Positions 45,628-56,859 of a DNA stretch of 64,000 bases are shown here, piece after piece. A model generated the notes under the pieces. It did not search any database. It was not told the origin of the DNA and saw nothing but the letters and a program-made list of their open reading frames with translations. The position numbers and the translations under genes are program-made. Source of the stretch: an uncultured Pseudomonadota bacterium (lineage in GTDB: Bacteria > Pseudomonadota > Alphaproteobacteria > JACZXZ01). The stretch covers positions 18,321 through 82,320 of the forward strand of contig CAWJFP010000039.1 in assembly GCA_963842155.1 (NCBI GenBank). The letters are read 5' to 3'. Position 1 is the stretch's first letter. Each line of letters opens with the position of its first letter.

Positions 45628-46647
45628 CTATCGCCGCCGCGCCAGATAGAGCCCCGCGAGGATGATCGCGGCGGCGAGGATGATGGGCAAAGTCGGCCGC
45701 TCGCCCAAGCATAGCATCGCGAGGAGGAGGGCGGAGAGCGGCTGCAGGAATTGGAACGGGCTGACCCGCGCGACCCCGCCTTGCGCCAAGGCCCAATACC
45801 AGGCGAGATAGCCCAGCAGCGAGGAGACGATGCCGAGATAGAGCACGGTCAGCCAGACGACGGGCCCAGCGGCGCGCCAGTCGGCGCCGATGCCGAAAAT
45901 GCCGAGCAAGGGCAGCATGAGGATGCCGCCCAGCGCATTGCCCCACAAGGTCGTGGCGCGCGTGCCGATCAGAAGTGCCAAGCGGCTCCCCGTGACATAG
46001 CCGGCGGCCGAGCCGATCGCGCCGAGCAGGATCAGGAGATCGCCCAACACGCTGCTCTTGTCGCCGAGCCCGAGGCGCGAGCCGATCAGGATCGCCTCGC
46101 CCGCGAAGGCGACGGCGCAGCCGAGCCACCAGCGCCCGGCCGGCCAGCGCCGATCAGCCGCCGCCGCGAGCAGACCGGTGAGGATCGGCAGGCAAGCGAG
46201 GATAAGGGCGCCATGGCTCGCCGAGGTGAGCCTCTGCCCGTAGCAATAGGCGATCGGCAGGACGACGAAGCCGCCCACGGCGCTGACCAGAAGGAGCAGC
46301 CAAGCTTGCCGCCCGCTCGGGCGCGATAAGCCCTGCGTCAGCAGAAACGGCGCCGAGGCTGCCGCCGCCACGAGGCTGCGCAAAGCGGCTACCAGCATCG
46401 GATCGAAGACATCGACCGCCAGCTTGGTGAAGACCGTAGTCCCGCCCCAAACGGCCACGGCAAAGATCGCGGCGCCCACGATCGCGGCCTTCGAGCTCGC
46501 GCCTTCGTCGCCGCGCGACAGCGCGATCATGCTTGCATTCGCTCGGCTCACATGAGTTGCGTTCGCTTCGCTCATATGGCTTGCCTTCGCTCCGCTCATA
46601 TGGCTTGCGTTCGCTCCGCTCATATGGCTTGCGTTCGCTCCGCTCAT
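45628..46647 (-). CDS. DMT (EamA) transporter with N-terminal octapeptide-repeat extension
   Basis: The transporter core starts at ATG 46530 (MIALSRGDEG...AIFAVAVWGGTTVF). The in-frame repeats MSGANASH x4 each carry an ATG. The first ATG (46647) overlaps the DUF1127 stop as ATGA. The true start is uncertain. Confidence 0.75.
   Translation of the reverse strand: MSGANASHMSGANASHMSGAKASHMSEANATHVSRANASMIALSRGDEGASSKAAIVGAAIFAVAVWGGTTVFTKLAVDVFDPMLVAALRSLVAAAASAPFLLTQGLSRPSGRQAWLLLLVSAVGGFVVLPIAYCYGQRLTSASHGALILACLPILTGLLAAAADRRWPAGRWWLGCAVAFAGEAILIGSRLGLGDKSSVLGDLLILLGAIGSAAGYVTGSRLALLIGTRATTLWGNALGGILMLPLLGIFGIGADWRAAGPVVWLTVLYLGIVSSLLGYLAWYWALAQGGVARVSPFQFLQPLSALLLAMLCLGERPTLPIILAAAIILAGLYLARRR
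46531..46647. repeat. 24-bp tandem repeat, about 4.9 copies
   Basis: Unit tatggcttgcgttcgctccgctca (plus strand) gives copies at 46552-75, 46576-99, 46600-23 and 46624-47, plus a degenerate 21-bp copy at 46531-51. Confidence 0.9.
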
Positions 46648-46865
46648 GGCCGCCAAAAAGGCTTCGCGGCCTCGGCTGCGGCGTCGGCGCGGCTCACGCC
46701 GATATCCTTGAGCGCCGGATCGTCGAGCGCCGCGAGGGCGCGGCGTTGGCCGGCACGCTCCGCCCAGATTTGCGCAAGCTCGACGAACGCGGTCAAACGC
46801 AGGCCCGCGAGCGCGGCTTGGCCCCGCAATTCCCACTTCCGTCCGCCCGCCTGGTGCCCTCCCAT
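46644..46865 (-). CDS. DUF1127 domain protein
   Basis: ATG 46865. LDDPALKDIGVSRADAAAEAAKPFWRP is the canonical DUF1127 C-terminus. Divergent from the MocR gene. Confidence 0.75.
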   Translation of the reverse strand: MGGHQAGGRKWELRGQAALAGLRLTAFVELAQIWAERAGQRRALAALDDPALKDIGVSRADAAAEAAKPFWRP

Positions 46866-46955
46866 GACTCGCTCCAATGCCAGAATTGTCCCCGGAAACG
46901 AGGGGTACATTCTGGAAAATACTTGACAAAAACACGCAGTCAATTCTTATATTGT

Positions 46956-48344
46956 ATGATGACAATATGGGAACCCGCTTTGGACAAGGCGGTCCGGCCG
47001 CGTTACCTTGCGATCGCCGGGGCGCTTCAACGGGATATCGAGGCGGGCAGGCTGCAGCCCGGCGCGCGGCTTCCAACTCATCGCGATCTTGCTTTTAGAC
47101 TCGGCGTCACCGTGGGCACCGTCTCGCGCGCTTATGCCGAGGCCGACCGGCGCGGCCTCCTCCATGGCGAGGTGGGGCGCGGCACTTTCGTGCGACCGCG
47201 TCTCGGGCCGGGGCTGTTGCGCCTCTATCCCGAGGAGCCGGGCATCATCGATCTCTCGGTCAGCCGGCCGCCGGACGGTGCCGCCGATGCGGAGCTTGCG
47301 GCGGCCCTCGGCGAGCTGGCGCGGCGTCAAGATTTGGCGCCGCTTCTGGCTTATCAGGCCGAGGCCGGGCTGCCCGCCCATCGCGCCGCCGGTGCCGCAT
47401 GGCTCGCTCGCTCGACCGGGCTCGCCGCGCAGGCCGAGCGGCTCTTGGTAGTCAGCGGGGCGCAGCATGGGCTGCACGCCGCCTTGGCCGCCACCGTGCG
47501 GCCGGGCGAGGTGGTGCTCACCGAGGCCCTCACCTATCCCGGCTTCAAGCTCATCGCCGGGCAGCTCGGTTTCGATCTTCGAGGCGTGCCGATCGACGAT
47601 GACGGGCTCCTACCGGATGCGCTCGAGGCGGCCTGCCGGCGCTGGCGCCCGCGCGCGCTCGTCACCGTGCCGACCATCCATAACCCGACGAGCGCGATCA
47701 TGCCCGAGGCGCGCCGGCGCGAGATCGCCGAGATCGCGCGACGCCACGGGCTGCTGGTGATCGAGGACAATATCTACGGCTTCCTCGCCGAGGAGCTTCC
47801 GACCTTGCTCGCCGATTTGGCGCCCGAGCGGGTGATCCATATCGCGAGCCTGTCGAAGAGCATGGCGCCGGGCTTGCGCGTCGGCTATGTGCAGGCGCCA
47901 GCCGAGCTGGTGCCGCGCATCGGCGCCATGCTGCGCGGCTCGGTCTGGATGACCTCGCCGCTGCTCGCCGAGATCGCGCGGCTCTGGATCGAATCGGGGG
48001 CGGGCGAGCGCTTGGCGGCGCGGCGCCAAAGCGATGCGCGCGAGCGCCAGGCGCTTGCCGCGCGCTATTTCGCCGGCCAGCGCTTCGTCACCCGACCGAC
48101 GAGCTTCCATCTCTGGCTCCATCTGCCGGAGCCCTGGCGGGCGGGCGATTTCCTGGCCGAGGCGCGCGGGCGCGGCGTGCTGGTGACGGCACCCGAGCCC
48201 TTCACCACGGGGCGCGAGCAGGCGCCGCATGCGGTGCGCGTCTGCTTGAGCGCCGTCGAGAGCATCGAGCGCCTGGAGACCGCGCTCGGGATTCTCGCCT
48301 CCTTGCTCGCGGCACCCATGGGCCCCGGCCTCGCCGTGGTGTGA
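46956..48344 (+). CDS. MocR/GntR-family regulator with PLP aminotransferase domain
   Basis: ATG 46956. GntR wHTH (LPTHRDLAFRLGVTVGTVSRAY) plus a class I/II aminotransferase fold with PLP Lys in SLSKSMAPGLRVGY. Confidence 0.9.
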   Translation: MMTIWEPALDKAVRPRYLAIAGALQRDIEAGRLQPGARLPTHRDLAFRLGVTVGTVSRAYAEADRRGLLHGEVGRGTFVRPRLGPGLLRLYPEEPGIIDLSVSRPPDGAADAELAAALGELARRQDLAPLLAYQAEAGLPAHRAAGAAWLARSTGLAAQAERLLVVSGAQHGLHAALAATVRPGEVVLTEALTYPGFKLIAGQLGFDLRGVPIDDDGLLPDALEAACRRWRPRALVTVPTIHNPTSAIMPEARRREIAEIARRHGLLVIEDNIYGFLAEELPTLLADLAPERVIHIASLSKSMAPGLRVGYVQAPAELVPRIGAMLRGSVWMTSPLLAEIARLWIESGAGERLAARRQSDARERQALAARYFAGQRFVTRPTSFHLWLHLPEPWRAGDFLAEARGRGVLVTAPEPFTTGREQAPHAVRVCLSAVESIERLETALGILASLLAAPMGPGLAVV

Positions 48345-48393
48345 GCGCATCCCGCTAGAGAGAAGTTGGCTTAGCATTAATCGCGCGGCGCAC

Positions 48394-48454
48394 CGTCATT
48401 CCCGCGAAAGCGGGAATCCAGCAGCCACTGGAGCTCCGCTTGCGCGGGGCGACG
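48394..48454. repeat. REP pair of the cgtcattcccgcgaaagcgggaatccag family
   Basis: cgtcattcccgcgaaagcgggaatccag plus the inverted degenerate unit ctccgcttgcgcggggcgacg. Confidence 0.75.
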
Positions 48455-48520
48455 GGCGGAATGTTTCAACTCGCTTACGTCATGCGCTAGGCTCGTCCGC
48501 TTCGCGGCTCGTTTCGGCAG

Positions 48521-49093
48521 GTGCCCATGTTATGGATCGAGGCCTTTTGCGTGGCGTTCGGCCTGCTCGGCCTCGCCGAGATGGGCGACAAGACGCAGTT
48601 TCTCGCCGTCATGTTGGGGGCGCGCTTTCACAAGACCTGGCCCATCGTCGGCGGCATCGTGCTCGCCAGCCTGGTGAGCCAGGGGCTCGCGGTCGTCATC
48701 GGCCAGTGGCTCGGCGAGCTGCTGACGCCCGAGCGCATGCGCTGGATCGTCGGCCTCTCCATGATCGCCGTCGCGATCTGGACGCTGCGCCCGAGCAAGC
48801 TCGAGAGCGAGGGGGAGCCGAGCAAAAGCGCGCGCGGCGCCTTCAGCGCGACCTTCGTCGCCTTCATGATCGGCGAGATGGCCGACCGCACGCAATTCGC
48901 GACCGCCGCGCTTGCCGCGCGCTACCAGCTCTTCTGGCCTGTGCTGCTGGGCAGCACCCTCGGCATGGTGGCGGCGAACCTGCCCGCCCTCTGGCTCGGC
49001 CGCGTCGCGGCGGGACGCATCCCGCTCAAGGCGCTGCGCTATGCGAGCGCGGCCGTCTTCGCCGCGATGGGATTGTGGATATTGCTCGCGTGA
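48521..49093 (+). CDS. GDT1/TMEM165 (UPF0016) family cation transporter
   Basis: Two E-x-G-D-(K/R)-T motifs (AEMGDKTQF, GEMADRTQF) and six TM segments. Confidence 0.88.
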   Translation: MPMLWIEAFCVAFGLLGLAEMGDKTQFLAVMLGARFHKTWPIVGGIVLASLVSQGLAVVIGQWLGELLTPERMRWIVGLSMIAVAIWTLRPSKLESEGEPSKSARGAFSATFVAFMIGEMADRTQFATAALAARYQLFWPVLLGSTLGMVAANLPALWLGRVAAGRIPLKALRYASAAVFAAMGLWILLA

Positions 49094-49248
49094 GGACAGA
49101 GTGACGCACAGGTCGGACGCGTCGGAACATCCGTTCGTCATGGTTGCGGCGCGGGGCCCCTCTGCCGCTGGCGGGAGGACGAGCCCCGACGGGCGCTATT
49201 GATGGGGACAGGAAATTTGGGCTTCGCGCGTAGGTACATGCGGGGAAA

Positions 49249-50130
49249 ATGGCGGCTCCAACGACCCACAAGGCAGGCGCGATGAGGTTCGGCGCGGAAG
49301 CCCACAAGGAACTGTTCTGCCGCGATTTCATCGCGGGCCACAACCCCTATGATCCAAGACGGCTGCCATGGCCCGAGCTCGACCCGGCCTCGCTCGCGCG
49401 GCTGCGCGCTGTGCCCTTCTGGCAAGAAGTCTTCTATGCCGAGCGCCAGGCTGGCGCAATGGTGCGCGCCTTCGCCGAAACGCTCACGGACCCGCTGCTC
49501 CGAGAGGCGGTGGATCTGCAAGGCTTCGAAGAGGCACGCCACGCGACTCTCATCGCCATCATGATCGAACGCTACGGGCTAGACGCGGCGGCGCAGCCGA
49601 TGGAGCCGCTGCCCGCCGACGTCGAAACGGCGTTCATCGATTTCGGCTATGGCGAATGCGTCGACTCGTTTTTCGGCTTCGGCGTCTACGAGGCGGCACG
49701 GCGCTCGGGCTTCCTCCCCGAATCGATGTTCGCCATCCTCGACATGCTGCTGCAGGAGGAAACGCGCCATATCGTCTTCTTCGTGAACTGGATGGCCTAT
49801 CGCGAGGCGCGCCGCGGCGGCGCCGCCGCCCTCTTGCGCGGCCCGACCTCCGCCTGGTTCCATGGCCGCGCCGTAGGCCGCCATATCCGGGCCATCCGCA
49901 AAGGCGCCCACGCCGGCGGCAGCAATTTCTCGGCCACCCAGGTCGACCTATTCCGCAATGGCTTCGGCATCCGAGATCTCCTCGAGCACTGCGTCCTCGA
50001 AAATGAACGACGGATGAGCACGTTCGATAGGCGGCTGCTCAGGCCGCGCCTGCTACCGGCGCTGGGGCGCCTCGCTCTCTTCGCAATGAAGCCCTGGCCG
50101 CGGCGCCAACGCCGTGCCAAGCGGGCGTGA
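49249..50130 (+). CDS. Ferritin-like di-iron oxygenase family protein
   Basis: Two ExxH motifs (FEEARHATL, LQEETRHIVFF) plus upstream carboxylates. The layout is AurF/desaturase-like, and the specific function is unknown. Confidence 0.6.
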   Translation: MAAPTTHKAGAMRFGAEAHKELFCRDFIAGHNPYDPRRLPWPELDPASLARLRAVPFWQEVFYAERQAGAMVRAFAETLTDPLLREAVDLQGFEEARHATLIAIMIERYGLDAAAQPMEPLPADVETAFIDFGYGECVDSFFGFGVYEAARRSGFLPESMFAILDMLLQEETRHIVFFVNWMAYREARRGGAAALLRGPTSAWFHGRAVGRHIRAIRKGAHAGGSNFSATQVDLFRNGFGIRDLLEHCVLENERRMSTFDRRLLRPRLLPALGRLALFAMKPWPRRQRRAKRA

Positions 50131-50149
50131 TGGCGCGGAGCCAGCGGCT

Positions 50150-51085
50150 CTAATCGTAGTCGATGGGCGTCGCGTCGCAGCCTTCGTCGTGGCGTTGCCA
50201 ATAGAGCGTACGCAACCGACTGCTCAACGGCCCGATCTCGCCGTCGCTGACCGGTTTTCCGTCCACCCGCGTCACCGGCAGGATGCCGCCTGCCGTGCTG
50301 GTCAGGAATATCTCGTCGGCCGATCTCAGCGCTTCCGACGACACGGTGCCGATCACGGCTTTGACGTTGAGCTCGGAGAGGAGGTCAAGTGCGGTTTGCC
50401 GCGTGATGCCCTCAAGACAGGTTCCGCCCGGCGTCGTCACGAGTCCGTCGCTCGCGGCGAAGAGATTGAAGCCCGGGCCCTCGGCGATGTTTCCCTCGGC
50501 GTCGACCAGGACCGGAAGGTCGCAGCCATGGTCATAGGCCTCGAAGATCGCCCGGATCATGTCGCCCCAATGGAAGTTCTTATAGGCGGGGTTGACCGAT
50601 TCCGGCGGGATACGCAGGACGGAAGAGACGTGAAGGTCGATGCCGCGCCGGCGCATCTCCTCGTCGGCGATCCAGACGAACGGGATGGCGAATGCGATGA
50701 AGCGGTTCTCGAACCGCCGCGGATCGCGCGACCCGGCCGGTGCCACGCCGCGCGTGCAGATCACCTCGACATAGGCGTCGCGGAGGCCGCTGAGCCGCAC
50801 CAGCTCGTGGAGGATCGCTTCGATCTCATCCCGACCGTGCGGCAGTTTGAGGCGCAGCCCGGCGACGCTCCTTTCGAACCGGTCGAGGTGATGCTGAAGG
50901 CGGAAAAAGCGGCCTTTCCACACATGGACGACGTCATAGGTCACGTCGGACTTGATGAAGCCCCAATCGAGAACCGAGATCTTCGCCTCGCCGATCGGGA
51001 CGTACTCGCCGTCGATGAAGGCAACACCGCCGGCATGCGCGAGATCTTGCGCCGCCACTCGCCTCGTTGCGGCCGAGTTCGACAT
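50150..51085 (-). CDS. Class IV (branched-chain/D-amino-acid) aminotransferase
   Basis: ATG 51085 after ggaaggagg. FIDGEYVPIGEAKISVLDWGFIKSDVTYDV...EGPGFNLF...TPGGTCLEGITR. Confidence 0.88.
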   Translation of the reverse strand: MSNSAATRRVAAQDLAHAGGVAFIDGEYVPIGEAKISVLDWGFIKSDVTYDVVHVWKGRFFRLQHHLDRFERSVAGLRLKLPHGRDEIEAILHELVRLSGLRDAYVEVICTRGVAPAGSRDPRRFENRFIAFAIPFVWIADEEMRRRGIDLHVSSVLRIPPESVNPAYKNFHWGDMIRAIFEAYDHGCDLPVLVDAEGNIAEGPGFNLFAASDGLVTTPGGTCLEGITRQTALDLLSELNVKAVIGTVSSEALRSADEIFLTSTAGGILPVTRVDGKPVSDGEIGPLSSRLRTLYWQRHDEGCDATPIDYD

Positions 51086-51390
51086 TCTGACCTCCTTCCA
51101 AGCGCGCACCGTGACGACAGGCTGCGGCCTTACAGCATAGCATAGGCGATGACTGCTTTGGCTCGAAAGACGAGGCTCGCCGCATCCATCGTGAACGTCC
51201 GCATTTGGCATCTCCGCGACGTCTAGCAATAGATAACGCGTGGCTGCTTTCGGGCCAGGAACGAAACCGGGGACGCTGGACTAGATTGGGGCGGCCTGCC
51301 GAACGATGGCAGGTTATCGGGGAGTGGCGACCGTTACGCTAATACGAGATCGATTTTGCCGCAAAACTTGAACCGTACCCGGCCCCCGAC

Positions 51391-52197
51391 TCATCCGGCC
51401 GCGAACGGCCTTACCGTATGGCCATGGTTGAGCGGGCCATGGCCGTGGCCCAAGCCGGGCGCGGTGCGGATCGCCTCGGCGACGAAGGCGCGGGCGCGCA
51501 ACACGGCCGCGCGTAGCGCCAGCCCCTGCGCGAGCCCGGTCGCGACGGCCGAGGCGAGCGTGCAGCCGGTGCCGTGCGTGTTGCGGCTCTCGATGCGCGG
51601 GCTTTCGAAAATCTCGGTGCCCTCGGGGGTGGCGAGGATGTCGTAGACGATGGGGCCCGGCAGATGGCCTCCCTTGAGGAGCACGGCCCGGCAACCCAGC
51701 GCCAGCAGCATGGGCGCCGCCTCGACCATCGCCTCGCGCGTGCCGATGGCGCGGCCCCGCAGCGCCTCGGCCTCGGGCAGGTTCGGCGTGATCACGCTGG
51801 CGAGCGCGATGAGCCGGCGCTTGAGCGCCAGGATGGCGCGCTCCTCCAGAAGCTGCTGTCCGCCCTTGGCCACCATCACGGGGTCGAGCACAAGCGGGAT
51901 GCCGCGCGCCTTGCGCGCGATCATCTCGGCGACCGCCTCGATGACGTTGCCGGTATGCAGCATGCCGATCTTGATGCAGTCGGCGCCGATATCGTCGAGC
52001 ACCACCTCCATCTGTCGCGCGATGAAGGCGGGATCGATGCCGACGACGGCATGGACGGCGAGCGTGTCTTGCGCGGTGAGCGCGGTGATGGCGGTCGCGG
52101 CATAGCCGCCGAGCGCCGTCACTGTCTTGATGTCGGCCTGAATCCCCGCCCCGCCACCCGAGTCCGAGCCGGCGACGATCAGGACCCTGCCTTGCAT
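51391..52197 (-). CDS. thiD: Hydroxymethylpyrimidine/phosphomethylpyrimidine kinase
   Basis: VLIVAGSDSGGGAGIQADIKT...HGTGCTLASA shows the ThiD signature. Confidence 0.93.
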   Translation of the reverse strand: MQGRVLIVAGSDSGGGAGIQADIKTVTALGGYAATAITALTAQDTLAVHAVVGIDPAFIARQMEVVLDDIGADCIKIGMLHTGNVIEAVAEMIARKARGIPLVLDPVMVAKGGQQLLEERAILALKRRLIALASVITPNLPEAEALRGRAIGTREAMVEAAPMLLALGCRAVLLKGGHLPGPIVYDILATPEGTEIFESPRIESRNTHGTGCTLASAVATGLAQGLALRAAVLRARAFVAEAIRTAPGLGHGHGPLNHGHTVRPFAAG

Positions 52198-52210
52198 GGG
52201 CGAGCGGCGC

Positions 52211-53554
<1,344 letters not shown>

Positions 53555-53606
53555 TTCCAACCGATCTCTTGTGTCCCGCGACCCTATAGCACAACCGGCG
53601 TGGCCG

Positions 53607-54803
53607 TTACATGACCGCGTCGCCCGCGGCGACGGCGCGCGCTTCCGCCTCCGGCGCGCGCAAGGCGGTCCAGAGCTCGATCGCCTGCGCCGTCTCCGCC
53701 ACGTCATGGACGCGCAGCATCTGCGCGCCTTGGCCGGCGCCATGCAACGCCGCAGCGAGCGATCCGGCGAGCCGCCCCTTGGGCGGCAGCGCGCCCTCCG
53801 CTTTCGCGAGCGAGAGGAAGCGCTTGCGCGAGGCGCCGAGCAGCAGCGCGCAGCCCAGCCCGTGAAGAAGAGCCAAGCGCTCCAGCATGGCGAGGTTGTG
53901 GCTCGTCCATTTGCCGAAGCCGATGCCGGGATCGATCGCGATGCGCGCGCGCGGGATGCCGGCGGCGACGCAAGCCGCCACGCGCGCGGCGAGCGCGTCG
54001 TAAACATCGAGCGCCACGCAATCGTAGCGCGGCGCCTTGTTCATGCTGCGCGGCTCGCCCGGCATATGCATGAGGATGACGGGCGCTCCGCTCGCGGCCG
54101 CGACGGCCAGGCTCTCGCGATCGCCCGCCAGCGCCGACACGTCGTTGATGATGGCAGCGCCCGCGGCGAGTGCGGCGCGCATGACCGCGGCGTGGCGCGT
54201 ATCGATCGAGAGCGGCAAGCCCAAGGGGCGCAAGCCCTCGAGCACCGGCCGCACGCGACGCAGCTCCTCCTCGGGCGGGGTGGGCTCGGCGCCGGGGCGC
54301 GTCGATTCCCCGCCGATGTCGATGATGTCGGCGCCCGCCGCCGCGAGCGCCTTGCCATGGGCGATGGCCGCGGCGGGATCGATGAAGGCGCCGCCGTCGG
54401 AGAAGCTGTCGGGCGTGACGTTCACGATGCCCATGAGGCGCGGGCGGTCGAGTGCCAATCCGGCGAAGGGCGGGCGGGGCGCCGAGAGCGCGTTGAGCAG
54501 GCCCGCGACTCTCTGCTCGAAGGCGCCGCCCACCTGCCGCGCCCAGGAATTGAGCTCGGGGAGGCCGGCGAGCGTCGCCTCGATGCGGCCCTCGCCGCGC
54601 CGCAGGACCTCGCAATGTGCGAAGGCAAGCGGTCCGCCGGCGAGCGGGAGCGCGCGCCTGCCGAGGATGCCCGCGCGCGCGGCGGCGCCTTCGAGCAGCC
54701 CCACCGGGCGCAGATAGAGCGACCCGCTGCCCCCCGACGCAAAGAAGCCCCGGTCGAGACCGGGGCTCCATTCGATCGCGAGGCCGGCGGCCGGCTCACG
54801 CAC
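53607..54803 (-). CDS. folP: Dihydropteroate synthase with N-terminal extension
   Basis: Core [15 protein letters not shown]...[10 protein letters not shown]. The frame is open upstream to 54977, deep inside ftsH. GTG 54803 overlaps the ftsH stop. Internal GTGs are also possible, so the start is uncertain. Confidence 0.8.
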   Translation of the reverse strand: MREPAAGLAIEWSPGLDRGFFASGGSGSLYLRPVGLLEGAAARAGILGRRALPLAGGPLAFAHCEVLRRGEGRIEATLAGLPELNSWARQVGGAFEQRVAGLLNALSAPRPPFAGLALDRPRLMGIVNVTPDSFSDGGAFIDPAAAIAHGKALAAAGADIIDIGGESTRPGAEPTPPEEELRRVRPVLEGLRPLGLPLSIDTRHAAVMRAALAAGAAIINDVSALAGDRESLAVAAASGAPVILMHMPGEPRSMNKAPRYDCVALDVYDALAARVAACVAAGIPRARIAIDPGIGFGKWTSHNLAMLERLALLHGLGCALLLGASRKRFLSLAKAEGALPPKGRLAGSLAAALHGAGQGAQMLRVHDVAETAQAIELWTALRAPEAEARAVAAGDAVM

Positions 54804-56730
54804 CGGGCTGCGGCTCCGGCTCCGGCTCCATGCCGCCGGTCTTGGGTTCGCGTTGCGGCTTGCTGCTCGGCACCGAGGCGCGCGGCTTGGGCGGCTCGCT
54901 CGGCATGTCCTTGTCGGGACGGAGGATGGGCTCGCCGCGCAGCAGGCCGCGGATCTCCTCGCCCGAGAGCGTCTCATGCTCGAGCAGCGCCTTGGCGAGC
55001 AGATGCAGGTCGTCGAGATGCTCGGTCAGGATGCCGCGCGCCGTCGCCTCGCCCTCCTCGACGATGCGGCGCACCTCCTCGTCGATGATCTTGGCGGTCG
55101 CCTCGGAGACGTTCTTGCGCTGGGTCACGGAATGGCCGAGGAAGACCTCCTGCTCGTTCTCCGAATAGCGCAAGGGCCCGAGCTTGTCGCTGAAGCCGAA
55201 CTCGGTGACCATGCGCCGCGCCAGCTCGGTCGCCTGGCGGATATCGCTATAGGCGCCCGTCGTCACGTCGTCCTTGCCGTAGATGAGCTCCTCGGCGACG
55301 CGGCCGCCGAACATCATGGCGAGGCGCGCCTCGAGCTCCTTCTTGGTGTTGGAGAAGCGGTCGCGCTCCGGCAGATTCATGGTGACGCCGAGCGCGCGGC
55401 CGCGCGGGATGATCGTCACCTTGTGCAGCGGGTCGTTGCCCGGCGCATAGAGCCCGACCAGCGCATGGCCGCCCTCGTGATAGGCCGTGCACTCCTTCTC
55501 CTTGTCGCTCATCACCAGCGAGCGGCGCTCGGCGCCCATAAGCACCTTGTCCTTGGCGCCCTCGAGCTCGAACATGGTGACGAGCCGCTTGCCCCTGCGC
55601 GCGGCGAGCAGCGCCGCCTCGTTCACGAGATTGGCGAGATCGGCGCCCGAGAAGCCAGGTGTGCCGCGCGCGATCGTCTTGGCGTCCACGTCGGGCGCGG
55701 TCGGCACCTTGCGCAGATGCACCTTAAGGATCTTCTCGCGCCCCAGGATGTCGGGATTGGGCACCACGACCTGGCGATCGAAGCGGCCGGGCCGCAGGAG
55801 CGCGGGATCGAGCACGTCGGGCCGGTTGGTGGCGGCGATCAGGATGACGCCTTCGTTGGTCTCGAAGCCGTCCATCTCGACCAGCAGCTGGTTGAGCGTC
55901 TGCTCGCGCTCGTCGTTGCCGCCGCCTAGGCCGGCGCCGCGATGGCGGCCCACCGCGTCGATCTCGTCGATGAAGATGATGCAGGGCGCGTGCTTCTTCG
56001 CCTGGTCGAACATGTCGCGCACGCGCGAGGCGCCGACGCCCACGAACATCTCGACGAAGTCCGAGCCCGAGATGGTGAAGAAGGGCACGTTCGCCTCGCC
56101 GGCGATGGCGCGGGCGAGGAGGGTCTTGCCGGTGCCGGGCGGGCCGACGAGCAGGCAGCCCTTCGGGATCTTGCCGCCGAGGCGCTGGAATTTCTGCGGG
56201 TCCTTGAGGAACTCGACGATCTCCTCGAGCTCCTGCTTGGCCTCGTCGATGCCGGCCACGTCCTCGAAGGTGACGCGGCCCGACTTCTCGGTGAGGAGGC
56301 GCGCGCGCGACTTGCCGAAGCCCATGGCGCGGCCGCCGCCCGACTGCATCTGGCGCATGAAGAAGACCCAGACGCCGATCAGCACGAGGAAGGGGAACCA
56401 GGAGACGAGGATGCCGAAGAGCGAGGGGACGTTGTCGTCCTCGGGCGTCGCGCGGAAGCGCACGTTATGCTCGGTCAGCCGCCCCACCAGCCCCTGATCC
56501 GGCGGACCATAGGTGCTGAAGCTGCGGCCGTCGCTCATCTGGCCGGTGATGTTGTGGCCCTGGATGGTGACCTCGCGCACCTCGTTCGCGTTGACATGCG
56601 AGAGGAAGTCCGAATAGGCCATGGGGGCCTGTCCGGAATGGTTCGAGGAGCCTTGGAACAGATTGAAGAGCGCGACGAGCAAGAGCCCGATGATGATCCA
56701 GAGGGCGATGTTCTTCCCGAAATTGTTCAA
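54796..56730 (-). CDS. ftsH: ATP-dependent zinc metalloprotease FtsH
   Basis: Walker [15 protein letters not shown], and Zn motif HEGGHAL. TTG 56730 ([18 protein letters not shown]) has GGAGG upstream. The ORF extends to 56850. Confidence 0.95.
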   Translation of the reverse strand: MNNFGKNIALWIIIGLLLVALFNLFQGSSNHSGQAPMAYSDFLSHVNANEVREVTIQGHNITGQMSDGRSFSTYGPPDQGLVGRLTEHNVRFRATPEDDNVPSLFGILVSWFPFLVLIGVWVFFMRQMQSGGGRAMGFGKSRARLLTEKSGRVTFEDVAGIDEAKQELEEIVEFLKDPQKFQRLGGKIPKGCLLVGPPGTGKTLLARAIAGEANVPFFTISGSDFVEMFVGVGASRVRDMFDQAKKHAPCIIFIDEIDAVGRHRGAGLGGGNDEREQTLNQLLVEMDGFETNEGVILIAATNRPDVLDPALLRPGRFDRQVVVPNPDILGREKILKVHLRKVPTAPDVDAKTIARGTPGFSGADLANLVNEAALLAARRGKRLVTMFELEGAKDKVLMGAERRSLVMSDKEKECTAYHEGGHALVGLYAPGNDPLHKVTIIPRGRALGVTMNLPERDRFSNTKKELEARLAMMFGGRVAEELIYGKDDVTTGAYSDIRQATELARRMVTEFGFSDKLGPLRYSENEQEVFLGHSVTQRKNVSEATAKIIDEEVRRIVEEGEATARGILTEHLDDLHLLAKALLEHETLSGEEIRGLLRGEPILRPDKDMPSEPPKPRASVPSSKPQREPKTGGMEPEPEPQPGA

Positions 56731-56859
56731 GTCCCTGCGCCCTCCAAATTCCCGGCCGGCCGGCAGCCGGGGCAACGCGAAGACGGCCGCCTTGCTGCGG
56801 AAAAGGCGGCCTTCCCCTCGTCGAAATACTGCGCTTGGCCCATTAAGCAACCGTTAGCG

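Noticed and set aside
46531-46647. Possible CRISPR array or other spaced repeat
   Set aside because: The 24-bp units are contiguous with no spacers, are in frame with the downstream gene, and no cas genes are present. This is a minisatellite, not a CRISPR array.
48345-48520. Mn(II) yybP-ykoY riboswitch upstream of the GDT1/UPF0016 transporter, and a TPP riboswitch near thiD (51230-51390, 52198-52210)
   Set aside because: I could not find the conserved cores by eye. The 48.4-kb spacer is mostly a REP pair. thiD has only a 13-nt gap to glmM, and the 51.2-kb spacer lies downstream of thiD. An Rfam scan would be needed to exclude these fully.
53607-54977. folP starting at the first start codon of the ORF (54977)
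   Set aside because: It would overlap the 3' end of ftsH by about 180 nt on the same strand. A start at or below 54803 is far more plausible.
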